Source: Thermoanaerobaculia bacterium
Lineage (GTDB): Bacteria > Acidobacteriota > Thermoanaerobaculia > Multivoradales > JAHZIX01
Assembly (NCBI GenBank): GCA_027069135.1
Contig: JALXFE010000134.1
Span: 4,684-68,683 of the forward strand
Length of the DNA: 64,000 nt
Reading direction: 5' to 3'
In this document: piece by piece, positions 27,635 through 37,886 of the stretch
Layout of the letters: each line of letters starts with the position of its first letter
How positions within the stretch are numbered: the stretch's first letter is position 1
The notes under the pieces: model-generated
The model's input: the letters and a program-made list of their open reading frames with translations, nothing else
What the model was told of the DNA's origin: nothing
Databases searched by the model: none
Position numbers and translations under genes: made by a program

Positions 27635-27782
27635 AGAGTCTCCGTAGGCTGCGGGTCTTCGGCGGAAGCCGAAACCCTCGAGGATGTCTGCCGAAATCCC
27701 TTCCGCGTCCGTCGGGGATCGGTTCGGCGCGGAGGCGATCGGCCTGTAAGGGCGAATAGAATTGTTGGTCCAAGGGGGGAGC

Positions 27783-28874
27783 ATGTCAAGAAGCGATGAC
27801 CAGGAGTGGATCGACCGGCCCACAGCTGTGCGCAAAGGCGAGGATCTCGACATCGAGAGCCTGGCGAAGTTCCTTCGAGAGCAGCTCGGGCACGAAGCGG
27901 AGCTCACCGTAGAACAATTTCCCCGAGGCTTCTCCAATCTCACGTATCTCCTGAGGTTCGGGGAGCGGCAGCTCGTCCTTCGCCGGCCTCCCTTCGGTGC
28001 CGCCGTCAAATCCGCTCACGATATGGGCCGCGAGCACCGTATCCTCTCCCGGCTTGCCGGAGTCTACGAGAAGGCGCCTCGACCGTTGCTCTACTGCGAG
28101 GATGTGGAGGTTCTCGGGGCACCGTTCTATGTCATGGAGAGGGTCGAGGGAGTGATCCTGAGACCTTCTATGGCGCCTGCGATGTATCCGGACCCGAAGA
28201 CCATGAGGGGGATCGCCTCCAGCCTGATCGAGACGTTGGCCGAGCTCCATGCGGTGGACGTTCGGGCGGTGGGATTGGGGGATCTGGGACGGCCCGAGGG
28301 GTATGTCCGTCGACAGGTGGAGGGCTGGACCCAACGCTACGCCGTCGCCCGCACGGACGACGTCCAGGAGATGGAGAAGGTGGCCGGCTGGTTGGCGGAG
28401 AATCTGCCCCCGGAGGCTGGAGCGGCGCTGATCCACAACGACTTCAAATACGACAACGTGATCCTGGATCCGGAGGATTGGACGCGGGTCGTCGCCGTTC
28501 TGGACTGGGAGATGGCGACCCTGGGGGATCCATTGATGGATCTCGGGACGACCTTGGGATATTGGGTGGACTCAGACGATCCGCCCGCCCTCAAGGCCCT
28601 GGCCCTGAGCCCGACGACCCTTCCCGGCAATCCCACCCGCTCGCAAGTGGCTGCCCTTTATGAGCAGGCTTCCGGGCGACCCCTCGGAGATATCGTTTTC
28701 TACTACGCCTTCGGCCTTTTCAAGATTGCAGTGATCATCCAGCAGATCTACGCTCGGTTCAAATCCGGGCACACCCGGGATCCCCGATTCGCCAACCTCA
28801 TCGTCGGGGTGCGAGGCTGCGCCACCACCGCCGCACAGGCCCTGGGCCGAGGTCGTATCGACGATCTCTACTGA
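27783..28874 (+). CDS. APH-like phosphotransferase (ACAD10/11 N-terminal, LvaA-like)
   Basis: GFSNLTY, VLRRPP, AHDMGRE, HNDFKYDN, VLDWEMATLGDPLMDL. Confidence 0.92.
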   Translation: MSRSDDQEWIDRPTAVRKGEDLDIESLAKFLREQLGHEAELTVEQFPRGFSNLTYLLRFGERQLVLRRPPFGAAVKSAHDMGREHRILSRLAGVYEKAPRPLLYCEDVEVLGAPFYVMERVEGVILRPSMAPAMYPDPKTMRGIASSLIETLAELHAVDVRAVGLGDLGRPEGYVRRQVEGWTQRYAVARTDDVQEMEKVAGWLAENLPPEAGAALIHNDFKYDNVILDPEDWTRVVAVLDWEMATLGDPLMDLGTTLGYWVDSDDPPALKALALSPTTLPGNPTRSQVAALYEQASGRPLGDIVFYYAFGLFKIAVIIQQIYARFKSGHTRDPRFANLIVGVRGCATTAAQALGRGRIDDLY

Positions 28875-28945
28875 GGAACCAGCGTCCCGCCACGACGCTG
28901 GGGGATTTCCTGCACCGGGCTCCGGGGACAGGGTAAACTGCGGAC

Positions 28946-29410
28946 ATGTCCCACATCGTTTCCAGGGAAGAGTTTCTGAGCTTGGCCGGCCACCGGTGCG
29001 GGCCGTCGGAGTGGCTGTGCATCGATCAGGAGCGCATCGACCGATTCGCCGAGGCGACGGGGGATTTCCAATTCATCCACGTCGACCCGCAGAAGGCCGC
29101 TCGGACGCCCTTCGGGGGCACCATCGCCCACGGTTTTCTCACCCTCTCCCTGCTACCGAAATTGGCAGAGGACATCACCATTCGGCCCGAAGGCGTGGTG
29201 ATGGGGATCAACTACGGCCTCAACAAGGTCCGGTTGCTCCAGCCGGTGAAAAGCGGCAGCGAGGTGCGGCTCCATTCCGAGATTCTCCGGGTGGTCGAGA
29301 AGCAGCAGGGAAGACTCCTCGTCACCTCGGAGGCTACGGTCGAGATCAAGGGGGAGGCGAAGCCCGCCCTCGTCGCGGAGACTCTTACCATGTTTATTCT
29401 GGGCGGCTAG
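28946..29410 (+). CDS. MaoC-family (R)-specific dehydratase
   Basis: FAEATGDFQFIHVDP, TIAHGFLTLSL, NYGLNKVR. Confidence 0.92.
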   Translation: MSHIVSREEFLSLAGHRCGPSEWLCIDQERIDRFAEATGDFQFIHVDPQKAARTPFGGTIAHGFLTLSLLPKLAEDITIRPEGVVMGINYGLNKVRLLQPVKSGSEVRLHSEILRVVEKQQGRLLVTSEATVEIKGEAKPALVAETLTMFILGG

Positions 29411-29465
29411 AGCTGGCGCCCTCCCTCCCTGCTCGAGACTGGATCCTTCAAGGAGGTCATAAGAG

Positions 29466-30386
29466 ATGTCGATTCGATTTGACGGCCGAGTGGCCATCGT
29501 CACCGGTGCTGGCCAAGGTTTGGGCCGCTGTCATGCTCTGGGTCTTGCAGAGCGCGGAGCCAAGGTCGTGGTCAACGATCTGGGAGGGGCTCGGGATGGC
29601 ACCGGAGCCTCCGGCGAAGCGGCGCAGGCCGTGGTCGAGGAGATCCGTTTGGCCGGCGGGGATGCGATGGCCAATGGGGCGAACGTGACCGACGCCCGCG
29701 CGGTGCAGGCGATGGTGCAATCCACCGTCGAGACCTGGGGCCGGGTCGATATCCTGGTCAACAATGCCGGCATCCTGCGGGATAAGACCTTCGCCAAGAT
29801 GGAGTTGGACGATTTTCGTGCGGTGGTAGAAGTGCATCTCCTCGGGTCGGTGGTTTGCACCAAGGCGGTCTGGCCGGTGATGCGGGAGCAAGGCTATGGG
29901 CGAATCGCCATGACGACGTCTTCGAGCGGCCTTTATGGGAACTTTGGTCAGTCGAACTACGGTGCCGCCAAGATGGGACTCGTGGGCTTGATGAACACCC
30001 TCGTGCTCGAGGGCAAGAAATTCGATATCCGGGTCAATTGCCTAGCCCCGGCGGCGGCCACCCGGATGACCGAAGACCTGATGCCGCCTCAGATCCTCGA
30101 CCTTCTGGCACCGGAGGCGGTGACCCCTGGCCTCCTCTACCTGGTCAGTGAAGACGCACCCAATCGAAGCATTCTGGCGGCTGCTGCTGGTTCGTTTGCT
30201 CGCGCCATCGTCTACGAAACGGCGGGGGTGCATCTGTCGGCGGAAGAGCTCACCCCGGAAGGTGTGGCGAAGCATTGGGCCGCCATCGGCGACCCGGAGG
30301 GTCAGGAAGAGTACCTCGAGGGCGGGCAACAACCGGAGAACTTGCTGCGTCGAGCCGCCGAAAGCCGCGGCCTGAAGCCGGGTTGA
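29466..30386 (+). CDS. SDR oxidoreductase (MFE-2-type 3-hydroxyacyl-CoA dehydrogenase-like)
   Basis: TGAGQGLG, VVNDLGG, NNAGILRD, GNFGQSNYGAAK. Confidence 0.9.
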   Translation: MSIRFDGRVAIVTGAGQGLGRCHALGLAERGAKVVVNDLGGARDGTGASGEAAQAVVEEIRLAGGDAMANGANVTDARAVQAMVQSTVETWGRVDILVNNAGILRDKTFAKMELDDFRAVVEVHLLGSVVCTKAVWPVMREQGYGRIAMTTSSSGLYGNFGQSNYGAAKMGLVGLMNTLVLEGKKFDIRVNCLAPAAATRMTEDLMPPQILDLLAPEAVTPGLLYLVSEDAPNRSILAAAAGSFARAIVYETAGVHLSAEELTPEGVAKHWAAIGDPEGQEEYLEGGQQPENLLRRAAESRGLKPG

Positions 30387-30401
30387 GGCGAGAGGCAATT
30401 C

Positions 30402-31217
30402 ATGGACGTTCGGGATAAAGTTATTCTTGTGACGGGGGGCGCCCACGGCATCGGTCGGGCGCTCTGTGAGCAGTTTCACGCGGCTGGCGCCAAGGGAATC
30501 GCCATCGCGGATCTGGACGGCTCGGCGGCCCGGGCGGTGGCAGAGACGATGGGCGGCCTTGCTCTGACCACCGACGTCAGCCGCGAAGAGGAGATCCAGG
30601 GTGCCGTCGCGGCGACCCGAGAGGCCTTCGGTCCCATCGATCTGCTGTGCTCGAACGCCGGAGTGATGTTTTCCGACGCGCCCGGATGGATGGCCACATC
30701 CCAGACCAACGCTCAATGGGAAAAGATCTGGAAGATCAACGTCATGGCCCACGTGTGGGGGGCTCGAGCGGTCCTGCCGAGCATGATCGAGCGGGGTTCA
30801 GGGTATTTGCTACACACGGTGTCTGCAGCCGGACTCCTGAATCAGATTGGCGATGCGGCCTATTCCACGACCAAGCATGCGGCTCTAGGATTTGCTGAGT
30901 CGGTGGCGATCACCCACGGGGACGAGGGCATCGGTGTGTCCGTTCTCTGTCCGCAGGCGGTGCAGACGGCGCTCTTCGAAGGGGAGGGGAGCGAGCGCAT
31001 CGCTGCCGCTGCCTCCCAAGACGGAATCCTTTCGCCGGAAAAGGTCGCCGAGTTTACCCTGGAGGCGCTACGGGAAGGGACGTTTCTGATCCTTCCTCAC
31101 CCCAGCGTTCGAACCTATCTGGCCCATAAGAGCGCCGACCCGGACCGCTGGCTGCGGGGAATGCGGAAGTTTCGAAGAAGGCTCTTTGAAGAGTCAGTGA
31201 ATCCGCGGGCTTTGTAG
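30402..31217 (+). CDS. SDR oxidoreductase
   Basis: TGGAHGIG, SNAGV, YSTTKHA, LCPQAV. Confidence 0.9.
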   Translation: MDVRDKVILVTGGAHGIGRALCEQFHAAGAKGIAIADLDGSAARAVAETMGGLALTTDVSREEEIQGAVAATREAFGPIDLLCSNAGVMFSDAPGWMATSQTNAQWEKIWKINVMAHVWGARAVLPSMIERGSGYLLHTVSAAGLLNQIGDAAYSTTKHAALGFAESVAITHGDEGIGVSVLCPQAVQTALFEGEGSERIAAAASQDGILSPEKVAEFTLEALREGTFLILPHPSVRTYLAHKSADPDRWLRGMRKFRRRLFEESVNPRAL

Positions 31218-33692
31218 GGCCTTTGAGGCCTCGCGCCGGAGGCGACGAAGCATAGCCGGAAGGGCCTGCTCGAAGTCTCCGAGATGCTTCAGGCTCTCTT
31301 CCACCTTGCCGGCGGCGGCGTGCTCTTCGATCCGCCTCAAAGATTCCGCCAAACGGACCGCTCCCAGCTGCGCCGAAGCTCCCCGCAGGCCATGGGCCAG
31401 GGCTTGAGCCTCTGCACACTCCCCCCGATTCAAGGTTTCCTGAAGAGTCGTAAGGCCCTTCCGCGCGCGCCGGGTGAAGCTCTCTACGAGATGCTTGATC
31501 AGGACTTTTCCGCTGGTCCTTTCCAACTCTCTCAGGGAGGCCATGGCCGTGTCATCAAAGTCCTTTTCAATCTCCTCGGGGGGCTGCGCCGCTGCCTCGA
31601 AGTGTGAGTTTCCCAGGAACGAAGCGTCTTCTTCCGGGGCCAATCCGAGCCAATGATCGATGACCGCGGCTAGCTCCCGCTCGCCGTAGGGTTTGGAGAT
31701 GAAATCGTCCATCCCCGCGTCGAGGCATTCCTGCCGGTGGCCCGAGAGGGCGTGAGCAGTGACCGCGATAATCGGCAAATGCTCTCCCTCCGCCTCGGCT
31801 TCACGAATCCTACGGGTGGTCTCGTAGCCATCGAGCTCGGGCATCTGGCAGTCCATCAGGACCAGGTCGAAGTTCTCCCTGCCCAGGGCCGCCAAGGCCT
31901 CGTTGCCATTGTTGGCAGCTTTAACCCGGTAGCCGAGATCCTCGAGCTCCCGGACAGCGACGATTTGATTGACCCATTCATCTTCAGCAACAAGGATTCT
32001 CTTGTCGGTACGAAACTGTCGAGCCGGTGCTTCCCGGGCGGAGAAGGTTCTCCGCAACTCCTTGGATTCCCGGCCCAAGGGAGCGGCGAAGGGAACGATA
32101 AAGGAGAACGTCGAACCGACCCCGGGAGTGCTCTCCGCGTCGATCTGGCCTCCCATGAGCTCGACGATCCGTTTGCTGATGGTCAGCCCGAGGCCCGTGC
32201 CTCCGAATTTTCGAGTCGTCGAAGCATCCGCCTGGGTGAAGGGGTCGAAGAGTCTCTCCAAAGCAAGCCGCGAGATCCCTATACCGGTGTCGATCACGCT
32301 GAATCGAAGAGGCAGAGGCGGAGCATCTCCACCGGTTCGCTCCACCCTCAGGGTGACGTTTCCGCGGTCCGTAAATTTGATCGCGTTAGACACCAGATTG
32401 ATCAAGACCTGGCGTAGCCGATTGGCATCCCCGTGGACAACTCGCGGGATGCGGTCCTCGATCCGAACTTCGAGCTTCAACCCCTTTGCGGACGCCCGGG
32501 GAGAAAGTAGGTCGACAGTGCTTTGCACGGCTTCCAGCAGGTAGAAATCTCGCGGGTCGAGAGAGAGCTTGCCCGCCTCGATCTTCGAAAAATCGAGGAC
32601 GTCGTCTATCAGATACAGCAAGCCTTCTGCAGAAGATTGAACGATCTCTGCATATCGCTGCTCGGTACTGGGAAGATCTCCTTTTCCCAGCAGCCGGGAC
32701 ATACCGACGATGGCGTTCATGGGGGTGCGGATTTCGTGACTCATGTTGGCCAGGAATTCGCTCTTGGCGCGGTTGGCCTTTTCGGCGTTCTGCTGAGCAA
32801 GAATCCTCGGTGTGACATCCGTGATGGATCCGACGTACCCGACATGCCTCCCTTCGTGATCAAAATCCTGGACGGCCTGTCCCAGAACCCACACCACTTG
32901 TCCGAGGCTGCGAGAGAAACGGAATTCAATACGGGTGAGCTCGCCGCTGGCCTGGAGGCTCTGCCAATGTTCGAGGACTCGTTCCCGATCTTCCGGATGA
33001 ACCGCCTGGAGCCAACCGGAGCCCATGGCGCGTTCCTTGTCGAGGCCGGTGATCTCGCACCAGCGCTGATTTACATACGTGCACCGGCCTTCGGCGTCGG
33101 AGCGAAAGATTCCTACCGGTGAGAGCCGAGTCAAGGATTCTGACCGGTCCCGCCGCTGCCGCCGCATGCGTTGGGTTTGCAAGGTAACGATGGCGGCGTA
33201 CCCGCTGGTGATCAAGAAGGTTCCAAGTAGAGCCGCTTCGAAGGCCGGGTCGAAGCTCCGCAGTGACCGAGAGGCGAACACGAGAATTACGCTATAGCCG
33301 ATCCCCATGAGGCCGCCGGCTACGACGACTTGAAGGGTTCGCGCGAACGGAGAGAGGACGAGAAAGATGCAGCCGAAAGCTACCAGGACCATGTAGCGCA
33401 CCGCCGGCACTTCGATGCCGTACCCGGTGAACAATCCGATCGCGGCGAAGGTCGGAATGTAGACGAAGTGGCGGTCCCATGCCCTCCAGGCACCGGGTTT
33501 TCGACCCGCCATCCAGAAGATAGATCCCTGAACGAGGACTGTGAGCAGGAGTTGGAAGAGCCAGCGGTCCCAGCCGAAAGAAAGGACCCCCAGGAGTTTG
33601 AGGAGGGTTCCGAGGACAAAGACCTGAAGAAAGCCCACCGCCGCGAGACCGACGTTTTTTTTGCTCTCTCTGAAGTCCAACATTGGAAGCAA
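31194..33692 (-). CDS. Hybrid sensor histidine kinase (TM domain, PAS, HisKA, HATPase, REC, HPt)
   Basis: FLANMSHEIRTPMN, DTGIGI, GGTGLGL, LMDCQMPELDG, AHGLRGAS. Confidence 0.93.
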   Translation of the reverse strand: MLPMLDFRESKKNVGLAAVGFLQVFVLGTLLKLLGVLSFGWDRWLFQLLLTVLVQGSIFWMAGRKPGAWRAWDRHFVYIPTFAAIGLFTGYGIEVPAVRYMVLVAFGCIFLVLSPFARTLQVVVAGGLMGIGYSVILVFASRSLRSFDPAFEAALLGTFLITSGYAAIVTLQTQRMRRQRRDRSESLTRLSPVGIFRSDAEGRCTYVNQRWCEITGLDKERAMGSGWLQAVHPEDRERVLEHWQSLQASGELTRIEFRFSRSLGQVVWVLGQAVQDFDHEGRHVGYVGSITDVTPRILAQQNAEKANRAKSEFLANMSHEIRTPMNAIVGMSRLLGKGDLPSTEQRYAEIVQSSAEGLLYLIDDVLDFSKIEAGKLSLDPRDFYLLEAVQSTVDLLSPRASAKGLKLEVRIEDRIPRVVHGDANRLRQVLINLVSNAIKFTDRGNVTLRVERTGGDAPPLPLRFSVIDTGIGISRLALERLFDPFTQADASTTRKFGGTGLGLTISKRIVELMGGQIDAESTPGVGSTFSFIVPFAAPLGRESKELRRTFSAREAPARQFRTDKRILVAEDEWVNQIVAVRELEDLGYRVKAANNGNEALAALGRENFDLVLMDCQMPELDGYETTRRIREAEAEGEHLPIIAVTAHALSGHRQECLDAGMDDFISKPYGERELAAVIDHWLGLAPEEDASFLGNSHFEAAAQPPEEIEKDFDDTAMASLRELERTSGKVLIKHLVESFTRRARKGLTTLQETLNRGECAEAQALAHGLRGASAQLGAVRLAESLRRIEEHAAAGKVEESLKHLGDFEQALPAMLRRLRREASKALQSPRIH

Positions 33693-34395
33693 GCTCTTTC
33701 GCCAAAGGCTATCGGAAACTCGACGTCCCTACATGGGGCCACCAGGATGGCAGCACAAACCGACGGGGTAGTTTAGCATAGGAAGAAAGTGTTTTCGCAG
33801 CTATGCGGACGTTCCAATTTGAGTAAGACTCATGAGTCTCCGGAGGCTGGAGATCGGGAGGACCAGCGCAGCGACACAGAGCCGGAGGATGCTGCGAGAC
33901 GACCCCGAGAGAGGGGCCCGGGAGGGGGGAGAAAGAAGTGGCCGTCGCCCTCGACGGTGGCACCTCCGGGCGAAAGCTCATCCAACACACCGTGGTCAAA
34001 GATCAAAATGACGCCATCGCCACCGCTTCCCCTTAGTGCCGTCACCGACGGCGTCGGCAGCGTGGAAGAGATCCGGGAGGGTCCGATCCGCGGATCCCTT
34101 CACCGGAGCGCCCTTGGGATAAGCGGCCCGGTCGCTGCCATCCGGGAGAGTGATGGCGATGGCGTCAAAAACGTCGCTTCCAAGCTCCACGAACCGCGTC
34201 TGGATTCCCGGCTTCAGAATGCGAAAAGGACGGTAGCTCTTCTCCAGGAAATTCGATCCATGAATCGTTTTCCCTAACAAAATAAAAAACTTTAGATTCG
34301 AGGCTACGCTCTTCTTTCGAGCGGCTCAGGTGTAACGCGGAGAGCGAGAGAAAAAGGGCTCAGAAAAAATTGGAGAGGTAGCGAAGGCGTTTTCG

Positions 34396-35208
34396 CTACC
34401 CGCGGGCGCCGCTGACATATTCCTTTGTCAGGCGGTGTTGCGGTTGGGAGAAGAACTGTTCCGTAGGTGCTGTTTCGATCAGGGTACCGGCGCCGTTTTC
34501 GAGCCAGAAGAGTGCTGTTTGATCGGCGATGCGGCGAGCTTGGGAGAGGTTGTGGGTCACGATGATGACGGTGTAGCTCTCACGGAGGGAGGCGATGAGA
34601 TCTTCGACCACTGCTGAGGACAGAGGATCGAGGGCGCTGCAAGGTTCGTCCAATAGAACCACTTCCGGTCCGAGAGCCAGCGCCCGGGCGATACAGAGTC
34701 GTTGCTGCTGGCCCCCGGAGAGAATCATCGCGGAAGAATCCAGCCGATCTTTCACTTCGTCCCAGAGCCCGACGTCCCGTAGGGCTGCCTCCGTCTTGGC
34801 CGCCAGCGCGGCGGAGTCCTGGGTACCGTGCTCCTCGAGGGGTAGCGTGAGATTCCGCCGGATCGACAATGGGAAAGGGTTCGGTTTTTGGAAGATCATG
34901 CCCACTCGCCGCCGCAGTGAGAGGACATCGAAGCCGCTTTGGTAAATGTCTTCCCCGTCGAGCCGCACCGAGCCCGTAACACGACATCCGGTGATCAAGT
35001 CCGTGAGGCGGTTGAGGGTCTTCAAGAAGCTGCTCTTGCCACAGCCGGAAGGACCCACCAACGCGGTGATGGATCCTCGGGGAATTTCGAGGTGGAGGTC
35101 CCGCAAGGCGTAGCTCTTGGCATAGGACACCGAGAGGCCTTCGGTCGAGATGCAGGCATCCTGCAGCTTCTGGGGGGAATCGAGGGTTTCTCGGGGTGAG
35201 GCGCTCAT
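34396..35208 (-). CDS. pstB: Phosphate ABC transporter ATP-binding protein
   Basis: GPSGCGKS, LRRRVGMIFQKPNPFP, LSGGQQQRLCIARAL, DEPCSALDP. Confidence 0.95.
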   Translation of the reverse strand: MSASPRETLDSPQKLQDACISTEGLSVSYAKSYALRDLHLEIPRGSITALVGPSGCGKSSFLKTLNRLTDLITGCRVTGSVRLDGEDIYQSGFDVLSLRRRVGMIFQKPNPFPLSIRRNLTLPLEEHGTQDSAALAAKTEAALRDVGLWDEVKDRLDSSAMILSGGQQQRLCIARALALGPEVVLLDEPCSALDPLSSAVVEDLIASLRESYTVIIVTHNLSQARRIADQTALFWLENGAGTLIETAPTEQFFSQPQHRLTKEYVSGARG

Positions 35209-36053
35209 GGCAGGGATCTCCCTCCCAACCAGGTTTGGGTGGCCCAGGAGGCCAGGCTATTGATCAGGATGAGCAGCAGAATCAGGACGACCGCCGTGGC
35301 GTAGGCGTTGGCTTCCCCGCCGGGAACATTCATCGCCAGGTCATAAATGTGTACGGAGATGGAACGCCCGGAATCGAGGAGCGAGGACGGCATGCGGGTA
35401 ACATAGCCGCTGGTGAAGATCAGTGCCGCGGTTTCCGCCAAGGCGCGACCGACACCGAGGACCAGGCCGACGACGATGCCATGGGACGCGGCGGGCAACA
35501 GAAGGTGTCGGAGGATGGTCGCGCGCCGCAAGCCGAGGGCGGCCCCACCGAGGCGTAGCTCCTCCGATGCGGAACGAAAGCCCGCCTCGGTCGCACGAAT
35601 GAGGATCGGCAGTACCATCAAGGCCAGAGTGAGGCCTCCTGACAGGATGGAGAATCCGAATCCCAGGACCTCCCCGAAAAAGACCGCACCGAAAAGGCCA
35701 AAAACGATGCTCGGGACGGCCGCTAGAAGATCGAGGCTTCTGCGAATCCACCTCCCCACGCGACTCTTCCGTGGGATCCACTCGGAGAGAAACGCGGCGG
35801 TACCTACGCCGGTCGGGATAGCGACCCCCAGGCATACGCCCAGGATGAGCGATGTCGAGACGAGGACGCTGGAAATCCCTCCGCTGCGGCCCGCATCCCG
35901 GGGTTGGGTGGTCAGAAAGCTCCAGGAGATTCCTTTGAAGCCGTGACCCAGCAGATCCCACAGAATCCAGAAAAAGGTGCCGGTGACGGCGAAGGCTACG
36001 ATCCAGCAGAGGAAGGTAGCTGTGCGGTCCGCTTTCACAGAGGATCTATTCAT
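35205..36053 (-). CDS. pstA: Phosphate ABC transporter permease PstA
   Basis: VPSIVFGLFG, GRALAETAALIFT, position in the operon. Confidence 0.92.
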   Translation of the reverse strand: MNRSSVKADRTATFLCWIVAFAVTGTFFWILWDLLGHGFKGISWSFLTTQPRDAGRSGGISSVLVSTSLILGVCLGVAIPTGVGTAAFLSEWIPRKSRVGRWIRRSLDLLAAVPSIVFGLFGAVFFGEVLGFGFSILSGGLTLALMVLPILIRATEAGFRSASEELRLGGAALGLRRATILRHLLLPAASHGIVVGLVLGVGRALAETAALIFTSGYVTRMPSSLLDSGRSISVHIYDLAMNVPGGEANAYATAVVLILLLILINSLASWATQTWLGGRSLP

Positions 36054-36936
36054 AGGCTGGCTTCGGGGACAGCCGTTCGACGGCTGAGATCAAGAGTCCG
36101 ACCAGGCCCATCAAGGCCAGGCCGCTGACGAAGAGAGCTGAACGATGGAACTGCGTCGCGTAGGCCATTTCGAGAGCGATATTGGCGGTCAGGGTTCTGA
36201 TGGGGTCGAAAAAACTGGTGGGGACCTGGACGACATTTCCGCAGACCATGAGGACCGCCATGGTCTCCCCCAAGGCGCGGGCGGTGGCCAGGACACAGCC
36301 GGCACCGATCCCCGGAGCCGCCGCCGGCAGGGCGAGGCTGCGAACCGTCGTAAAGCGCCCCAGGCCGAGGGCCGCAGCGCCTTCGAAGTAGGACCGAGGA
36401 AGAGACCGCAGAGCCGACTCCGCGAGCAGAGCCACCGTCGGCAGCACCATGAGCGCCAGGATCAGGGCTCCGGCGAGAAGGCTCTGTCCCGGGGGGCGAA
36501 AGCGAGTGATCCAGGGCACCAGGACGACCAGCCCCCAGAATCCGTAGACCACCGACGGGATTCCCGCCAACACCTCGATCAGGCGACGGTAGATGTGAGA
36601 GACGCCGAGGGGGGCGTAATACCGACAGAAAATGGCAGAGATCACCCCGGCCGGGACTGCGAGGAGCATGGCCCCGGCCGTCACGGCCACGGTTCCGGCG
36701 AGCATCGGGACGAGGTTGAAGTTGCCGTCTGGACCCGCCGCCGGAAGCCATCCCGAATCTCCGAGGAATCGGCTAAGGCCCACCTGCCGTAGCGCCGGCC
36801 AAGCCTCGATGACGAGGAAGGCGAGGATGAGGACGATCGCTCCTCCAGCAAGAGCTGCCGCGAGCCCCAGGGCGCCGGCGAGCCAGCGGTCACCTCTCGA
36901 TGGGGACAAAGAGCTGCGCCTCGATGAGGTCGTCAA
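36046..36936 (-). CDS. pstC: Phosphate ABC transporter permease PstC
   Basis: LAGIPSVVYGFWG, RALGETMAVLMVCGN, TLTANIA. Confidence 0.92.
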   Translation of the reverse strand: MTTSSRRSSLSPSRGDRWLAGALGLAAALAGGAIVLILAFLVIEAWPALRQVGLSRFLGDSGWLPAAGPDGNFNLVPMLAGTVAVTAGAMLLAVPAGVISAIFCRYYAPLGVSHIYRRLIEVLAGIPSVVYGFWGLVVLVPWITRFRPPGQSLLAGALILALMVLPTVALLAESALRSLPRSYFEGAAALGLGRFTTVRSLALPAAAPGIGAGCVLATARALGETMAVLMVCGNVVQVPTSFFDPIRTLTANIALEMAYATQFHRSALFVSGLALMGLVGLLISAVERLSPKPAYE

Positions 36937-37843
36937 CGGCGTCGGATCGGGCGAAGTCCAGAAACGCGGCGGCCAGACCGGTGGGCTGGTCCCGGGTGAC
37001 GAGGTTCAAGGGGCGGGCGATGGGAAACAGCCCCCGGGCGACGTTTTCCGTCGTAGCGGCGATTTCCCCAGCGGCCAGGAGCTTGATGGGCGTCCCTCGG
37101 CGGCGTTCGAAATCCGCCGTCCCGATGGAGACATAGGCGATCGCATCCGGGTTGCCTTGCACCGTCTTGATGCCCTGCTGATTGTCACCGATCACCACGT
37201 CCGGCTGCACTTGAGACGGTTGGAGGTCAAAGTAGTCGAGAAACACCTCCTGGGTCGCTCGACCGTCGGCCTTGTGGACCACGGTAATCGGGCGCTCGAG
37301 GCCACCGACCCCTTTCCAGGTCTCGATGCGTCCGGTGTAGATGGCGACGACTTCTTCGTCGGTGAGGGAAACTACCGGGTTGTCTGCGTGGACGATCAGC
37401 GCCACCCCGTCGCCCGCGATGGGGAAGGCCAGGAGGTCTCCTTCCCCGTCTTTAAGAGCCCGGGAGGCCATACCGATGTCCGCAGTTCCGGAGCGGGCGT
37501 CGGCGATGCCCCGGGAGGAGCCACCGGTTTGGACATCGATGCGGACTCGCGGATGGACCTCCTCGAAGCGCCGGCCCATCTCCGCCGCCAGGGGAGCGAT
37601 GGTGCTGGAGCCGGTCAAGACCAGCTTCCCGGAAAGCCCCGGTCCGCTGTCCGCGTCTGCGGGCTTGCCGCAGGCCGTCGTCAGAAGGCAACCACCGATC
37701 AGCAGAGCCAGCGCCCCTCGCCACAAGAGACGCTTCCATCCGCCGGGGCCTGTCCCGGCCCGCGCAGAGAAAACGCCAGCACTCTCCGGACCCGGTAGCG
37801 GGCTCGTCAATTTCTTTCTGGGTGAAGGGCCTGGGTTGAGCAT
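36890..37843 (-). CDS. pstS: Phosphate ABC transporter substrate-binding lipoprotein
   Basis: Lipobox LTTAC, LTGSSTIAPL, GGSSRGI, DIGMASR, PIARPL. Start is uncertain. Confidence 0.88.
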   Translation of the reverse strand: MLNPGPSPRKKLTSPLPGPESAGVFSARAGTGPGGWKRLLWRGALALLIGGCLLTTACGKPADADSGPGLSGKLVLTGSSTIAPLAAEMGRRFEEVHPRVRIDVQTGGSSRGIADARSGTADIGMASRALKDGEGDLLAFPIAGDGVALIVHADNPVVSLTDEEVVAIYTGRIETWKGVGGLERPITVVHKADGRATQEVFLDYFDLQPSQVQPDVVIGDNQQGIKTVQGNPDAIAYVSIGTADFERRRGTPIKLLAAGEIAATTENVARGLFPIARPLNLVTRDQPTGLAAAFLDFARSDAVDDLIEAQLFVPIER

Positions 37844-37886
37844 TCTCAAAGAAATCTCCTGAGAGTCTTTTCCTAGGGGCAGAGGC

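Noticed and set aside
33789-34277. Possible hypothetical or frameshifted gene between the hybrid kinase and pstB
   Set aside because: Protein-like patches occur in two frames, but there is no clear start, RBS or family motif
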